From assembly GCF_030028105.1 (NCBI RefSeq), contig NC_092374.1, positions 188,388,638 to 188,452,637 on the forward strand: a stretch of DNA of 64,000 bases, read 5' to 3'. Of this stretch, positions 33,187 through 45,900 are shown piece by piece (positions within the stretch are counted from its first letter, which is position 1; every line of letters begins with the position of its first letter). The notes below the pieces were generated by a model. That model did not search any database and was not told where the DNA came from. It saw only the letters and a list, made by a program, of their open reading frames with translations. This DNA is from Mobula birostris (lineage: Eukaryota). The translations under genes were made by a program, and so were the position numbers.

Positions 33187-35465
33187 CTATAATGAAGAAA
33201 ATAATCAATAACTATGGATATTCAATATTTCAATGAATTGTCTCACCAACAGTCACTAAAAGAGTTTCAATCCTCTCTCATTTACTCTTGAGAATTTGAC
33301 CCCTTCTTAGTGACTTAACAGAGAGTGCAGACAAGATCTCCAGTTTACAGACTGGGGAAGGTCCCGGATCACACAGTGGGAAAGGGTTAACAATCAATAG
33401 AAGAGTTGCTTTATGCACAGACTCCCACAGTAACTTCCCTGAGGTGTTTCACATGGAGTATTTTGCTCCCCCATTCTTCTGACTGATGGAATTTCCTGCA
33501 CTCAGAGAGCGCAGAATCAGGACACAGGCTCCCGTCCTGCACTGGGAGCCGGGCCAGGAAATGTGCCTTCTTGTTACTTGCCTTTAAAGATCATGGCTTT
33601 CCCCAAGACAGGGTCTGCCATCACATTCCCATTGCCTGCTCCCAGCTGAATGATTGAAAATTGTGGACTGTGTGCTGAATGTCCAAATACTTAAAATGAA
33701 GGGGCAGACAATCAAACAGCAACTCCTTTCCCAGTTTCCCATATCTGCTCCCCATGGGCAAGGTTCCTTTCACCTTCCTATCCTGGGAATGTGAGTGACA
33801 CCAAGTCCCGACACAAGAGAGACCACAGGTGCAAAGTGCCCTTCGGCTCATTTATCTGGCACTTTCTGGAATCCTCCATCCCTGCCCTCCTCCCAGATGT
33901 TCCCCTGATGGACACGGCACTGGGTTTCACCCACCCCTTCCCTCCAGTGATTGATCCAACTCTACGAGATGATAAACCTCTTGAATTCACTCCCCAACAA
34001 TCTCCAAAAGAGAAATGACAAAAGCCCCTGGACTTCACCTTCACTTACCCCAAGAATTTGACCATCCGGAATGGCACAGGCCGGATATTCACTGGGGTAG
34101 GGCGGGGGGAGGGGAATTGCACAGGCCAGATATTCCCTGGAGGAGGTCAAGGTGGTGGGGGGGGGGGGGGGGGAGGAATGGAAAACTCCGCCTGCACTCA
34201 CCAGTCATCCAGCTGTACCCTTTCCGGACCCAAAGGCAAATCGGGCTGTGCAAGTCTGTGGATACAGTTATAAAACGGGATAAATCAAGCCTCGCCCACA
34301 TTATCCCAGGCAACCTTAACACCACAGTCCTTCCCCCATCACTCTGAAACATCAAAACTAAAACGATATTACTGAGGTACCAATTTGAAATTATTTTAAA
34401 AGGTGCAATAAAAATAGGAATGGCTTAGGGCAGTTGCAGGTCAGGAAGCCTCTGTGGAGACAGAAGTAATTCACGTTTGAGGCCCACGCAGCATCCGGTG
34501 ACAGGCACAGCAAGAAGTTCTGGAGCTCCGCATTCCTGCAGATTTCCAGCAGTCTCCCGTAAGAACGGCAGATTTTTTTCTTGAAAGACGGTGAAATCCT
34601 CCAGTTTTATATTCATCTGTATTTACGTTGGATTCTTTTATTTAATTCACCAGATTTTAATTTCCCCATTGCCCTGTGTCAGGATTCAGGCTTATCGGGC
34701 CGAAAAATTAGTTTTACCACTGTCTCACAGAATAGAACCAAGAGCCCTCTGCACTATAGATAGAAAATACTCAGCAAAGTCCATAAAGAGGATCTAGGCA
34801 ATAAAAATATTTTGAGTGTTTTGACAATACTTCTGATTGATACTGTGTCTTTCTTCACTATGGAATTCTGATGAGGTCAGGCAGGACCTTAATGAAAATC
34901 ATACTCTAATCCCAAAAGGCAAAGTGATCCCCTGATGTCAGGGTGAGATGGGATACAACTCTATTGCAACGCCTGATTGGCAAGAAATGACTAGGGAAGT
35001 GTTAGACTAGTGTGTAATATTGTTATTTTACGCAGATTAACTCTTCCTGTGCTTGCTTAATATGTGTGTAATTGTGGTATTTTACTGAGAAAGGCAGGAG
35101 AATGGGGTTGAGAGAGATAGTAAATCAGCCCTGGAGAGGCAGAGCAGACTCGATGGGCTGAATAGCCTAAACTGCTCCTACGTCTTATAGTCTATTTATG
35201 ACAAAAATACCAATGACTCCATGAGGAGCTTCCAGTAGCAGCAGGGAAGATACAGGCCAGAGCTCCTCCTGAACTACAGCAGCCAGTCAGGGACAGGGGA
35301 GGGGCAACAAGCTGGAGGTTTCCCCATAACCCCAACCTGAAGGGGCAGTGGGACCCTGGGGAAAGTTTTCATTATGACTGAGTTCCTCCAGCATTTTGTG
35401 TGTGCTGCTTTGATTTCCAGCAAAAGGTTTGTGATCTGAAGGGTTCTGATCATTTTGATACTTAC

Positions 35466-35558
35466 AGGAAGAGAATATTAAGGCCATGATAAAGCTGACT
35501 GTACATTCGGCCACTGAGGCGATGAGCACATTCCAAGTGTGGAAGGTACTTCCTTGTT
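35466..35558 (-). CDS. TM5 exon (93 nt): KQGSTFHTWNVLIASVAECTVSFIMALIFSS
   Basis: tattttcag| ... T|gtaagt; phase 1/1; hydrophobic helix. Confidence 0.85.
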
Positions 35559-36059
35559 CTGAAAATATAGAACAGCAAAGACACTGAGTAATCTCGCACA
35601 TGCATATCAATCATATCAACAGCCATTCACAATGGGTCGTCCCAGAATGGCAACATCAAAACCTGAACACAGTCATTTGAGGAAGTGGGGCTGTCAGTTA
35701 GTCATCAATAGCTCTAGCTGCTGACCAACTTCAGAAACTGTGCCGATGCTGTCGAGACTCTGGGGACAGCCAGCCTTACCCTGGCTGGGCCAAGCAGACA
35801 CACTTCCCCCTACCACTGATACCCAGTACCTCCACAATGAAGCTCACTGCTGTCCAGCTGCTGCTCCATCTACTGCAGGGGGGAGGGGAGCAGTGGGCTG
35901 CCGAGCTGGAGAGATGACAGGGAGGTAACAGGTGCCCAAGGTAATTCTCTCCACTCTATCACAGACTGTGTCTTTCCACTCCTTGGTAAACCCCCAAAAG
36001 CTGATCATCTCCCTCTTCTGCCCTCTCCCACCCCCCACAATCGCTACATAATCTGGGAA

Positions 36060-38385
36060 AGACAGACTGCCTTCTGCCACCGCTCAAACGTCAGGCTGCC
36101 GTTTACTGATTACAGCTTAGGGCTCAAAACCATCATCCCCTCAGTACTAATCAAACTTTGAAACCTGGGCCTCTTCCTGCAAAATGGATTCTTGACCTCC
36201 TCATTGGGAGACCTGTCATTTTAGATCCGAAGTAACATCCCTTCCTTGCTGACAGCCAATACTGGCATATCTGAACGATGCATGCTTAGCCCAAAGCTCT
36301 ATTCTCTCTACACCCACAACTGCAACTTATTCTGATCCAGGACAGAGTCCCCCCATCCCATTCCAAACAGTGATACAGCCAGTTAGAATGCTCTCCACAG
36401 TACATCTATAGAAATCTGCGAATGTCTTTGGTGACATACCAAATCCCCTCAAACTGTTCCATTTGACAGATGCAGCATGGATTCAGAAAGGGTAGGTCCT
36501 GTTTGACAAACTTACTGGAGTTCTTTGAGGGCGTAATGAGTGCAGTGGATAGAGGGGAACAGGTGGATGTCGTATACTTGGATTTCCAGAAGGCGTTCGA
36601 TAAGGTGCCGCAGAAGAGACTTATAAATAAGATACGGATGCATGGAGTCAGGGGAAGAGTATTGGCATGGATAGTGGATTGGTTAACCAATAGAAGGCAG
36701 AGAGTTGGTATAAATGGGTGTTTCTCCAGTTACCAGTCAGTGGTGAGTGGAGTGCTGCAGGGGTCAGTACTGGGCCCGCAGCTGTTTACCATTTACATTG
36801 TTGATTTGGGAGAGGAATTTGAGAGTAGGGTAACAAAATTTGCTGATGACAGTAAACTGAGTGGAAAAGCAAATTGTACAGAGGATGTGGAGAGTCTGCA
36901 GAGGGATATAGATTGGTTGAGTGAGTGGGCCAAGGTCTGGCAGATGGAATACAACATTGGTAAATGTGAGATCATCCACTTTGGAAGGAATAATAGAAGA
37001 GCAGGTTATTATTTAAATGGTGAAAGATTGCAGCACGCTGTTGTGCAGAGGGACTTGGGAGTGCTTGTTCGTGAATCGCAAAAAGTTGGCTTGCAGGTAC
37101 AACAGGTTATTAAGAAGGCAAATGGAATGTTGGCCTTCATTGCTAGAGGGATTGAATTCAAGAGCAGGGAGGTTATGCTGCAACTATACAGGGTACTGGT
37201 GAGGCTGCACCTGGAGTACTGTGTGCAGTTCTGGTCTCCATCCTTGAGGAAGGATAAACTGGCTTTGGAGGCAGTGCAGAGGAGGTTCACCAGTTTGATC
37301 CCAGAGATGAAGGGGTTAACCTGAAGAGAGATCAAGTCGCCTGGGACTATACTCTCTGGAATTCAGAAGAATGAGAGGGGATCTTACAGAAACATACAAA
37401 ATTTTGAAAGGGATAGAAAAGATAGAAGTAGGAAAGTTGTTTCCATTGGTAGGTGAGACTAGAACTAGGGGACATTGCCTCAAGATTCAGGGGGAGAAGA
37501 TTTAGGACAGAGATGAGGAGAAACTGTTTTTCCCAGAGAGTGGTGAATCTGTGTAACTATCTGCCCAGGGAAACAGTTGAGGCTTCTTTACTAAATATAT
37601 TTAAGATACAGTTATATAGATTTTTACATAGTAGGGGAATTAAGGGTTATGGGGTAAAGGCAGGTAGATGGAGCTGAGTTTACGGACAGATCAGCCATGA
37701 CCTTATTGAATGGCGAGGCAGGCTCAATGCGCCGGATGGCCTACTCCTGCTCCTGTTTCTTATGTTCTTATGTTAATGAACTGCATTGATATGCTGGACC
37801 CAAGATAGATTCTCAGAGATTTTGGCACCCAGGAACTTAAAATTGCTCACTCTCTCCATTTCTGATCCCTCTATGAGGACTGGTGTGTGTCCTTATGTCT
37901 TTCCTTTTCTGAAGTCTACAATCAATTCTTTGGTGTCATTGACGTTGAGTGCAAGGTTGTTGATGGATCAACCAGCTGATCTATCTCACTCCTGTACGCC
38001 CTCTTGTAACCATTTGAAATTCTGCCAACAATAGTTGTGCCATTAGCAAATCTATAGATGGCATTTGAGCTGTGTCTAACCACACAGTCATGGGTTTAGA
38101 GAGTGAGTAGAGTAGAGTAGTGGGCTAAGCACACAACCTTGAGGTGCGCCAGTGTTGATTTGGAGATGCTATTTCCGATCTGCACAGGCCATGGTCTTCC
38201 AGTGAGAAAGTCAAGGATCCAGTTGCAGAGGGAGGTAAAGGGGTCCAGGTTTTGGAGCTTTTTGAGAAGAACTGCAGGAATGACTGTGTTAAATGCTGAG
38301 CTGTAGTCTACTAGCATCAGCCTGGCATAAATATTAGTATTGTCCAGGTGATCCAAGGCATCATGAGAAGCCTATGAGATGTTTC
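36060..38385. mobile_element. Rex1/Babar fragments (partly inverted) with a CR1 inserted at ~36455-37773
   Basis: [17 protein letters not shown] on minus; CR1 QHGFRKGRSCLTNLLEF...KFADD on plus with a (TTCTTATG)n tail. Confidence 0.85.
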
Positions 38386-39914
38386 TGTTAGGATAGGAGT
38401 CCCATCTCAAGTGGAGGCTCACTTCATTGCTACCAGCCCTGCCAAAACGGATGCCTGCATCCTTTCCAACTAAAAAATGGAACCTCAGATTCTTATATCA
38501 ACACCTCAGCCACATACAAATTCCCTTGACACCTGTTTATATCCAATTTAGTGTTCAGTTTGGGCGGTCATTCAGAGATTATTATGAATAATGTTTAATC
38601 ATTTTGTTCAGCAATTAAACTCATTCCCAAAATTTGGAACTTCCTGCTCTATAGAACGACAACTCCCTAGAACTCCACTTGTTAATTTGTTGGCAAACAC
38701 CCCCTCATTTTATACACTCAGTGGCCATTTTCATTAGGTACCACCTGATGTTTGTGGCGGTAGCCCATGCAATTCAAGGTTTGACATGTTGTGCATTCAG
38801 AGATGCTCTTGGGTGTATTTAAAGCGGATGTTGTTAAGTCCTTAATTAGTCAAGGCGTCAAAGATTATGGGGAGAAGGCAGAAGAATGGGGTTGAGAGGG
38901 ATAATAAATCAGCCATGATGGAATGGTGGAGCAGACTTGAAGGGCCAAATGGCCTAATTTGCTCCTATGCCTTTTGGTAAAGGTCTCCTCACCAGCAGCT
39001 GGTGGACTTGTGGAATTTGTTGCCACAGGCAGCTGTGAAGGTCAGGCCGCTGTGTGTATTATAAGGCAGAGATTGATAGGTTCTTGATTGGACACAGCAT
39101 CAAACGTTACAGGGAGAAGGTCAGGGAGTGGGGCTGAGGAAGGGAAAAAAGGACCAGCCGTGATTGAATGGCGAAGCAGACTTGATGGGCCAAATGGCCT
39201 AATTCTGCTCCTATGTCTTATAGTCTTATGGACATAACAAAGTGGTTAAGCAACAGTTGGACTCACAGGGCACATCCAAAATCTAATGTCACCTTGTCCA
39301 TTGACAAGTAACATAGTGGGATCTGTTCATGAAATAATGACCGTAGTTCTGATTTCAATTGAACAAAACCTCCCAATACCATCTTCTACACTCCGCAGAC
39401 TCATTAATCAGGCCTCTCCCGAACAGTGAACCCGTCCCTTGGACGAAGCACTGAGATGAACAGAGGAGGAATGCACTCTGTGTGGGGTATTTCAATGTCC
39501 AAGTGTGTCACGGGTTGTGACACAACTAACTGCTGTGCACTCAAGCAATGGCAGATAGAAGTTGTTCAAGTATAGTTGTCATTCAACCATACACAAAACA
39601 TCGTTCTTCTGGGGCCAAGGTGAACAAACACACTACACAGAGTCACACACAGTACATAAGAGTTATGATCCAGCACATACAGTCACAAAATACTATAAGC
39701 ATAAGTCGCTGAGTGGTCTGAAAGTGTGGGATGTTGTCCTGAAGCGTTTCTGCAAGAACAAGCACGCAGCAGTTACTCATCTCACGATGAACCAATCTAA
39801 AAGAGAAACCTTCCTGACCTTACACACACAACTCTAATTGCTGTGACTCACAGACACACTCTTGTCCTGCACTGGCATTTTCCATCTTTTATTGCTGCTG
39901 TTTCACATATTTAT

Positions 39915-40447
39915 ATAGAAACATAGAAAATAGGTGCAGGAGTAGGCCATTCGGCCCTTCGAGCCTGTACCGCCATTCAGTATGATCATGGCTGATCATC
40001 CAACTCAGAACCCTGTACCTGCCTTCTCTCCATACCCCCTGATCCCCCTAGCCACAAGGGCCATATCTAACTCTCTCTTAAATATAGCCAATGAACTGGC
40101 CTCAACTGTTTCCTGTGGCAGAGAATTCCAGATTCACCATTCTCTGTGTGAAGAAGTTTTTCCTAATCTCAGTCCTAAAAGGCTTCCCCTTTATCCTCAA
40201 ACTGTGACCCCTTGTTCTGGACGTCCCCAACATCGGGAACAATCTTCCTGCATCTAGCCTGTCCAATCCCTTTAGGATTTTATACGTTTCAATCAGATCC
40301 CCCCTCAATCTTCTAAATTCCAACGAGTACAAGCCTAGTTCATCCAGCCTTTCTTCATGTGAAAGTCCTGCCATCCCAGGAATCAATCTGGTGAACCTTC
40401 TTTGTACTCCCTCTACGGCAAGGATGTCTTTCCTCAGATTAGGGGAC
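39915..40447 (-). mobile_element. CR1 3' fragment
   Basis: LRKDILAVEGVQRRFTRLIPGM...RGHSLRIKG. Confidence 0.85.
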
Positions 40448-40635
40448 TGTGTTACTGTGTTCACTGTGTTATTATAACAGTGCCAGTAACATTATACTAT
40501 GTTACATAAACTGCACCTCACACTTTATATCAACCTGTCAGCCTTCAGGCCAGGCCACGCAGGGACTTATGCTAATAGTCTTTGAGTGACTGCATCTGCT
40601 GGATCATGAACAGTATGGAGAAATAGACAACTCAC

Positions 40636-40719
40636 TTTCCTGATGGATGTCTTTGATGAAGAAAGCAATTGAGGTGCCAACCACGATGACGTGCAGTGCA
40701 AGCTGAATAACTGAAATAA
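40636..40719 (-). CDS. TM4 exon (84 nt): VISVIQLALHVIVVGTSIAFFIKDIHQE
   Basis: ttctctgtctctgacag| ... GAAA|gtgagt; 85-nt intron to TM3; an alternative in-frame acceptor lies 9 nt downstream. Confidence 0.82.
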
Positions 40720-40804
40720 CTGTCAGAGACAGAGAACATGATGATAAGAGAGTTGGATATCACTACGACTGGAAATTTTATAAAACTGATGAGCTGTTTC
40801 TCAC

Positions 40805-40927
40805 CGATACTGGTGCTGAATCTGCAAATTCGCCGGCATTTAGGTACTTGAATGATAAATGGTACAGTCAAAGTAAACAATAGGAGAACTGCAATGCATG
40901 CTGTAGCCACATTTAGTAAACAAGAAT
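40805..40927 (-). CDS. TM3 exon (123 nt): DSCLLNVATACIAVLLLFTLTVPFIIQVPKCRRICRFSTSI
   Basis: tgtttgctctag| ... ATCG|gtgaga; phase 1/1. Confidence 0.85.
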
Positions 40928-42986
40928 CTAGAGCAAACACCAAACAGTAAGGGTTAGCAATTTATGCAGAACTTGAGAAATTAAGCCAACAAGATAGCAT
41001 AATCCCATTTCCCAACAGTAGTTAGATATTAGTTCCACTGATGTAGGTGAGACTGGAAAGGCCCACTCTCTCCTCTCCCTACCTCATCTTCGTATGACTC
41101 CCCCATCCCAACCCCCCAGCTTCACCTGGATTGACCTATCACCTGCCAGCTCTTACTTCACCCCTTTCCCCTCATCTTTTTATAATGGCCATCTCCACTC
41201 TTGCTTCCAATCCTGATCAAGGGTCTCGATCCAAAACTTGAAGTGGCCATTTCCCTCAGAGAGACGGTGACCAATTCACAGATTTCTTCTAGCTCCATCG
41301 TGAGCAGCACCAGAAAGGCTTCATTGCTGTCCATAAGCAAAAGAGATTTTGCAGTCGCTGAAAATCTTGAGAAACAGACACAAAATGCTGGAGAAACTCA
41401 GCAAGCCAGGCAGCATCCAAGGAGGGGAATAAACAGTCAACGTTTCAGGTCGAGACTCTTCATCCAGATCTAACAAATCCTAATGAAGAGTCCTGGACCG
41501 AAAAGTCAACTGTTTTATTCCCCTCCCCTCCACAGATGCTGCCGAACTTCCAGAATTTTGAGTGTGTTGTGTGTGCTCATTTGTGGCTCACCTGTTTACC
41601 CCCAATAGGGTGATGGCGAGCACCCTAATGTAACCTCCGCTGTTCCCATGGGTAGGCAATCTCATGAGTTCCTTGGTGTGATCATGCCTCATTTCTCACC
41701 TTAGATGCACGCCCTCTGGTATTATACATTACAACCCGAAGAAAAAGATACCAGCTACGTACCCGTGCCTCTCATAACCTTATAAACTCTCGGTCTCCCC
41801 TCAGCCTCAACCTCAACCTCTCCAGAGAAAACACATTTTTGTCCACACTCCCCTCATGGCATGTGCCCTGTATTTGAGGCAGCATCCTGGTGAACCTCTT
41901 CTGCACCCTCCCCAAAGCTTCTGCATTCTTTTTTTGCAATGAAACAACTGGGATTAAATGCAGTAGTCCACACGTAACCTAGCTACAGTTTAGTAAAGTC
42001 GCAACACGACTTCCCAATTCTTGAAATCAGTTCCACAACTGATAAAGATAATAAGCATGTTATATACCTTCTTTAGCATCCTATCAACTTGAGGCCACTT
42101 TCACCTACAGACTTGGACCACAGGTTGTCTCTGTACATCAATACATTTAAAGGTCCTGCCATTAACAGTGCACTGACTTTTTACATGTCGTCTGCCAAAG
42201 TGCAAAGCTTCACGTTTGGCCAGATTAAGCGCCACCTGTCATTTCTGCAAGTGATCTCTGTTCTTTTCTAGTATTCTACACTAACCGTAACATCGCCAAT
42301 CCTTGTATCATTTGCAAACCTGCTAACCCCTTCCCCCTGCAAACAATCTATGTCCTTTGCCATTTTTCAAAGCTATCCACAAAATCACCAAGCTCTGTAT
42401 CATCTGCAAACCTGCTAACCCCCTCCCCTTGCAAATAACTCTACACTCCTACCCCGAGTCAATTGTCTGCCCACGTCAATAGCAACAAACTGTCAACTCA
42501 ACGAGTTTCAACATAAGGATTTTATTAAATGCCATCTGGGAGTTCAGATCCCCAATGGGCCTATCAGTATACCTATCGATATTAAGCTCAACCACACTAA
42601 GTGTGGCCAGTGACTCATTAAAACAGAATAGAACTTGATTGCCATTGCTAGACAACAAGATTGTGAGGCTACTGCAGTCTGTGTAAAACAGATATTTACA
42701 ATACATGTGGTACAGCTTAATAAAACTAACAATTTCGATATTTACAAGCAATATGTGACCTTGATTCTACTGGCAAGCCGGGGTGTAGCATTGTTCACCG
42801 TTATTGAAGCCGAAACCTCCAGCAGTTTCTCTTCCCTCGGCCGTGGGACCGAGGACTGCAGGTGCTGGTGGTCCTAAGGAAGCACCGTACAGAAATGCAC
42901 TGAACAAGGCACTTGTCTGTTCCAAACCCCCCAGAGGTTTGGAAGTTGGTCACTTTTATGGAAGTGAGTAACATCTGTGCACAAAC

Positions 42987-43088
42987 CTTTAAAATGAACC
43001 GAGCGACTGAACGCAGCGAGGATGAAAAGAAGCTGCAGGATGTTACATATATACAGGACATGCTTCCACTGTTCGTACTTTGGTAATT
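42987..43088 (-). CDS. TM2 exon (102 nt): ELPKYEQWKHVLYICNILQLLFILAAFSRSVHFK
   Basis: tgtccttttctccatag| ... AAAG|gtttgt; phase 1/1. Confidence 0.82.
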
Positions 43089-45598
43089 CTATGGAGAAAA
43101 GGACACAAGTATCAAAGCTGCAAAAGTCACACAAGTGGGTCAACATATGCCTGAAGTGATAAAGTACATACTGAACCTAATAAGGAACAGAAAGAATAAA
43201 GCTTGGTGCAGAAGGCCAGGATCTTTGAAATTGGTCACTCAGGTAGATAAGATAGTCAATGAGACAGAGGGACTTCTTGCTTTGAAAAAATATTCTTGCT
43301 CAAATCACTTTTAAACCTTTTACCCTTCACTCAAAATTTATCTCCTTTAATTTTACACACCTGCTATGGGGAAATATTTCTATATTAGCCTTGTAAGGTG
43401 AGATAATGGTTTTGCTTACACAGACAGTGGTGGGTGCCTTGGGGCAAATGGAGCTCAGCAGCTGTGGTTGGCAGCTCATTTGGGGGAAGGACGACTCAGA
43501 TCTCCAGCCTCCGCTGCCTTGCGGCTACTCCCACTCATAGGGAAGACTTGCGTTGAGTTCGATGCTGACTGGCAACTTCTGTGGCGCTGCTGGTGCCAAA
43601 CTGTAATGGCCTCTGCAGTTCCTTTAGATTCATCAGCAGCGTGGAGAAGGGGAGCCTGTCATACTGCCCTGGTTTGCATATCACGTAGAAAGCCGGGATG
43701 CAACTTCCCTGGTCAACCCCAACCAACAGAGGACCTATGGTGGGAGCCTAGAACCTGCAGCCAGGGGTGGTGGTTGGGGCTGATATATAAGGGACACCAG
43801 AGACTCTTAGATAGGCGAATGTGTGATAGAAAAACGGAGAGTTATGGGATGTGTCAGAGTAACAGGGTTAGGTTGATCATGGGGTAAGGGTGGAACAACA
43901 TTGCAGGCTGAAGGGCCTATGCTGGGTTGTGCAGCACTGTCCTCTGTTCTATGTAGCCTGAGCATGGAAAACAACGCTGGGGAGCAAGTAGTACATCTTT
44001 ATAATCACTGATTAGGCCTCAGCTACAGTAACAAGTGCAGTTCCAGTCATCACACCCTAAAGGGATCAAGTATTACATTGGTCTGGGTACAATTTTAGTT
44101 GTCATTCGTGAATACCCATGAATACAGCCAAACAAAACAGCGTTACATCGTGGCTAAGGTGCAAGACACAGTACCAACAGTCACACACAGCACAAAGCAC
44201 ATAGAAGGCAGCAAGCAAATATAAGATACAAATAAAATACAGTCACACAAAAATATGTATATTCCAAGACCCTGAGTCGATGAATATTGCAGAAATCTGC
44301 AGTCGAACACAATACGCCTTGTCTACCTCCGACTGAACACTTGGGCAGGGTTGGGGGGGGGGGGGAGAGGGGAAGCACGGGTAGCGCTGACTCCTGCTTG
44401 GACGCCGCGCCACACTGCCTCCAGTGGAGCGCACCAACTGACGCCTTTCACCTGTGCGGCTGCAGACAGCGACACTGCAGCTTAAGGCCTAGTCCTCGCT
44501 ACGACTGATGCCACGCAGCTCCTCTACCATTCACCAATAAGTTAGTGAAACAGACTTGCAGCATTCCACATTAACAAGGCATGGAGTGTTTCATTCTCCT
44601 TGGAGTGGAGGAGGACAAGGAGGAAGCCAGATTCAAGATGTGCAAATGAGGAGGAGTGTAAATAGTGGGAGACATTAGACAGCTTAAGTTTAGGGCAAGG
44701 GGTAAGAGGGTGAGAAGCACCATCCAGATGGTGCTTGGCATCTGAAAGATGTTGCATGTCGGAGTTCACAGGAACTGTAATATAGAGTAGTTGTTAAGTC
44801 ACGTTTTGGAACCATTAGGCCTGTTTCTGTAATGTGATGCTCTTTGGTCCATCCATTTTGAAGCATACTGGATTGATGGCAAGAATGTGGTAAGTGTGGA
44901 TGCTGATGACTGATTGGTACCAAGCAGGACTCACTAGCTTTCTGAGTTTACCCCTCACTTATTCCTTTACTCTGCGGTTCCCGTCTATAGGGTGGGAGGG
45001 CGGAGCGTTGGAGAATGATGAACTGTATTGGATCGATCGCGAGAATGTGATACAGCACCGATCTTCCAGCCCTTCAAACCGCCTCGCCCAGCAACCCACA
45101 ATTTAACCCTAGCTTAATCACGGGATAATTTACAATGACCAATTAACCTACTAACCAGTATGCCTGTGGAATCTGGGAGGAAACCAGAGCACCCAGAGGA
45201 AACCCACGTGTTCACAGGGAGAACACACAAACTTCTTACAGGCAACAGTGGGAACTGAACCCAGGTCGCCTGTACTGTAAAGCATTGTGCTAACCACTAC
45301 GCGATCGTGCCGCCCCATTAACATTCTCTTAAAGGTTGCAATTGGACTTGCATCTACCACTTCTGCTGGCAGCTTGTTCACCCTCGTAGCACCCTCAGAG
45401 CAAAGAAGCTCCCCTTCAGCTTCCCCTTGGATATTTTATCTTTCACTCTAAACCTGTGACCTCCGAGTCACAACCAATCTAAGTGGAAAAAGCCTGTAAG
45501 CATTCGCCTCTCTGCCTGTTGTTACTAATATTAATAAAGATTTGCAAGCAATGCCTGCACATTTATGTTAAAGTGTAAACTGGACAAAAATGGAATAC

Positions 45599-45715
45599 CT
45601 CTGTTTGATTTACACTTCCAGATGTTCAGAAGAAAAACTGCAATAAGATAAACTGAAGAAAACACCAGGGCTGAGATCGACAGAACAATCATCGGAATGT
45701 CATCAGCGGAAGGGT
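45599..45715 (-). CDS. TM1 exon (117 nt): DPSADDIPMIVLSISALVFSSVYLIAVFLLNIWKCKSNR
   Basis: tgtgtttaattgcag| ... AGAG|gtattc; phase 1/1. Confidence 0.87.
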
Positions 45716-45900
45716 CTGCAATTAAACACAAGTCTGGTTAACCAAACATAGAACAGCGAGGCAGAGACAACAGACAATAGACAATAGGTGCAGGAGTAGG
45801 CCATTCAGCCCTTCGAGCCAGCACCGCCATTCACTGTGATCATGGCTGATCATCCACAATCAGTACCCCGTGCCTGCAGTCTCCCCATATCCCTTGACTT

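Noticed and set aside
34770-34794. Alternative exon after TM5 giving YPLYGLC*
   Set aside because: Cannot be excluded, but it has no support beyond one acceptor; the 33149-33186 exon fits better.
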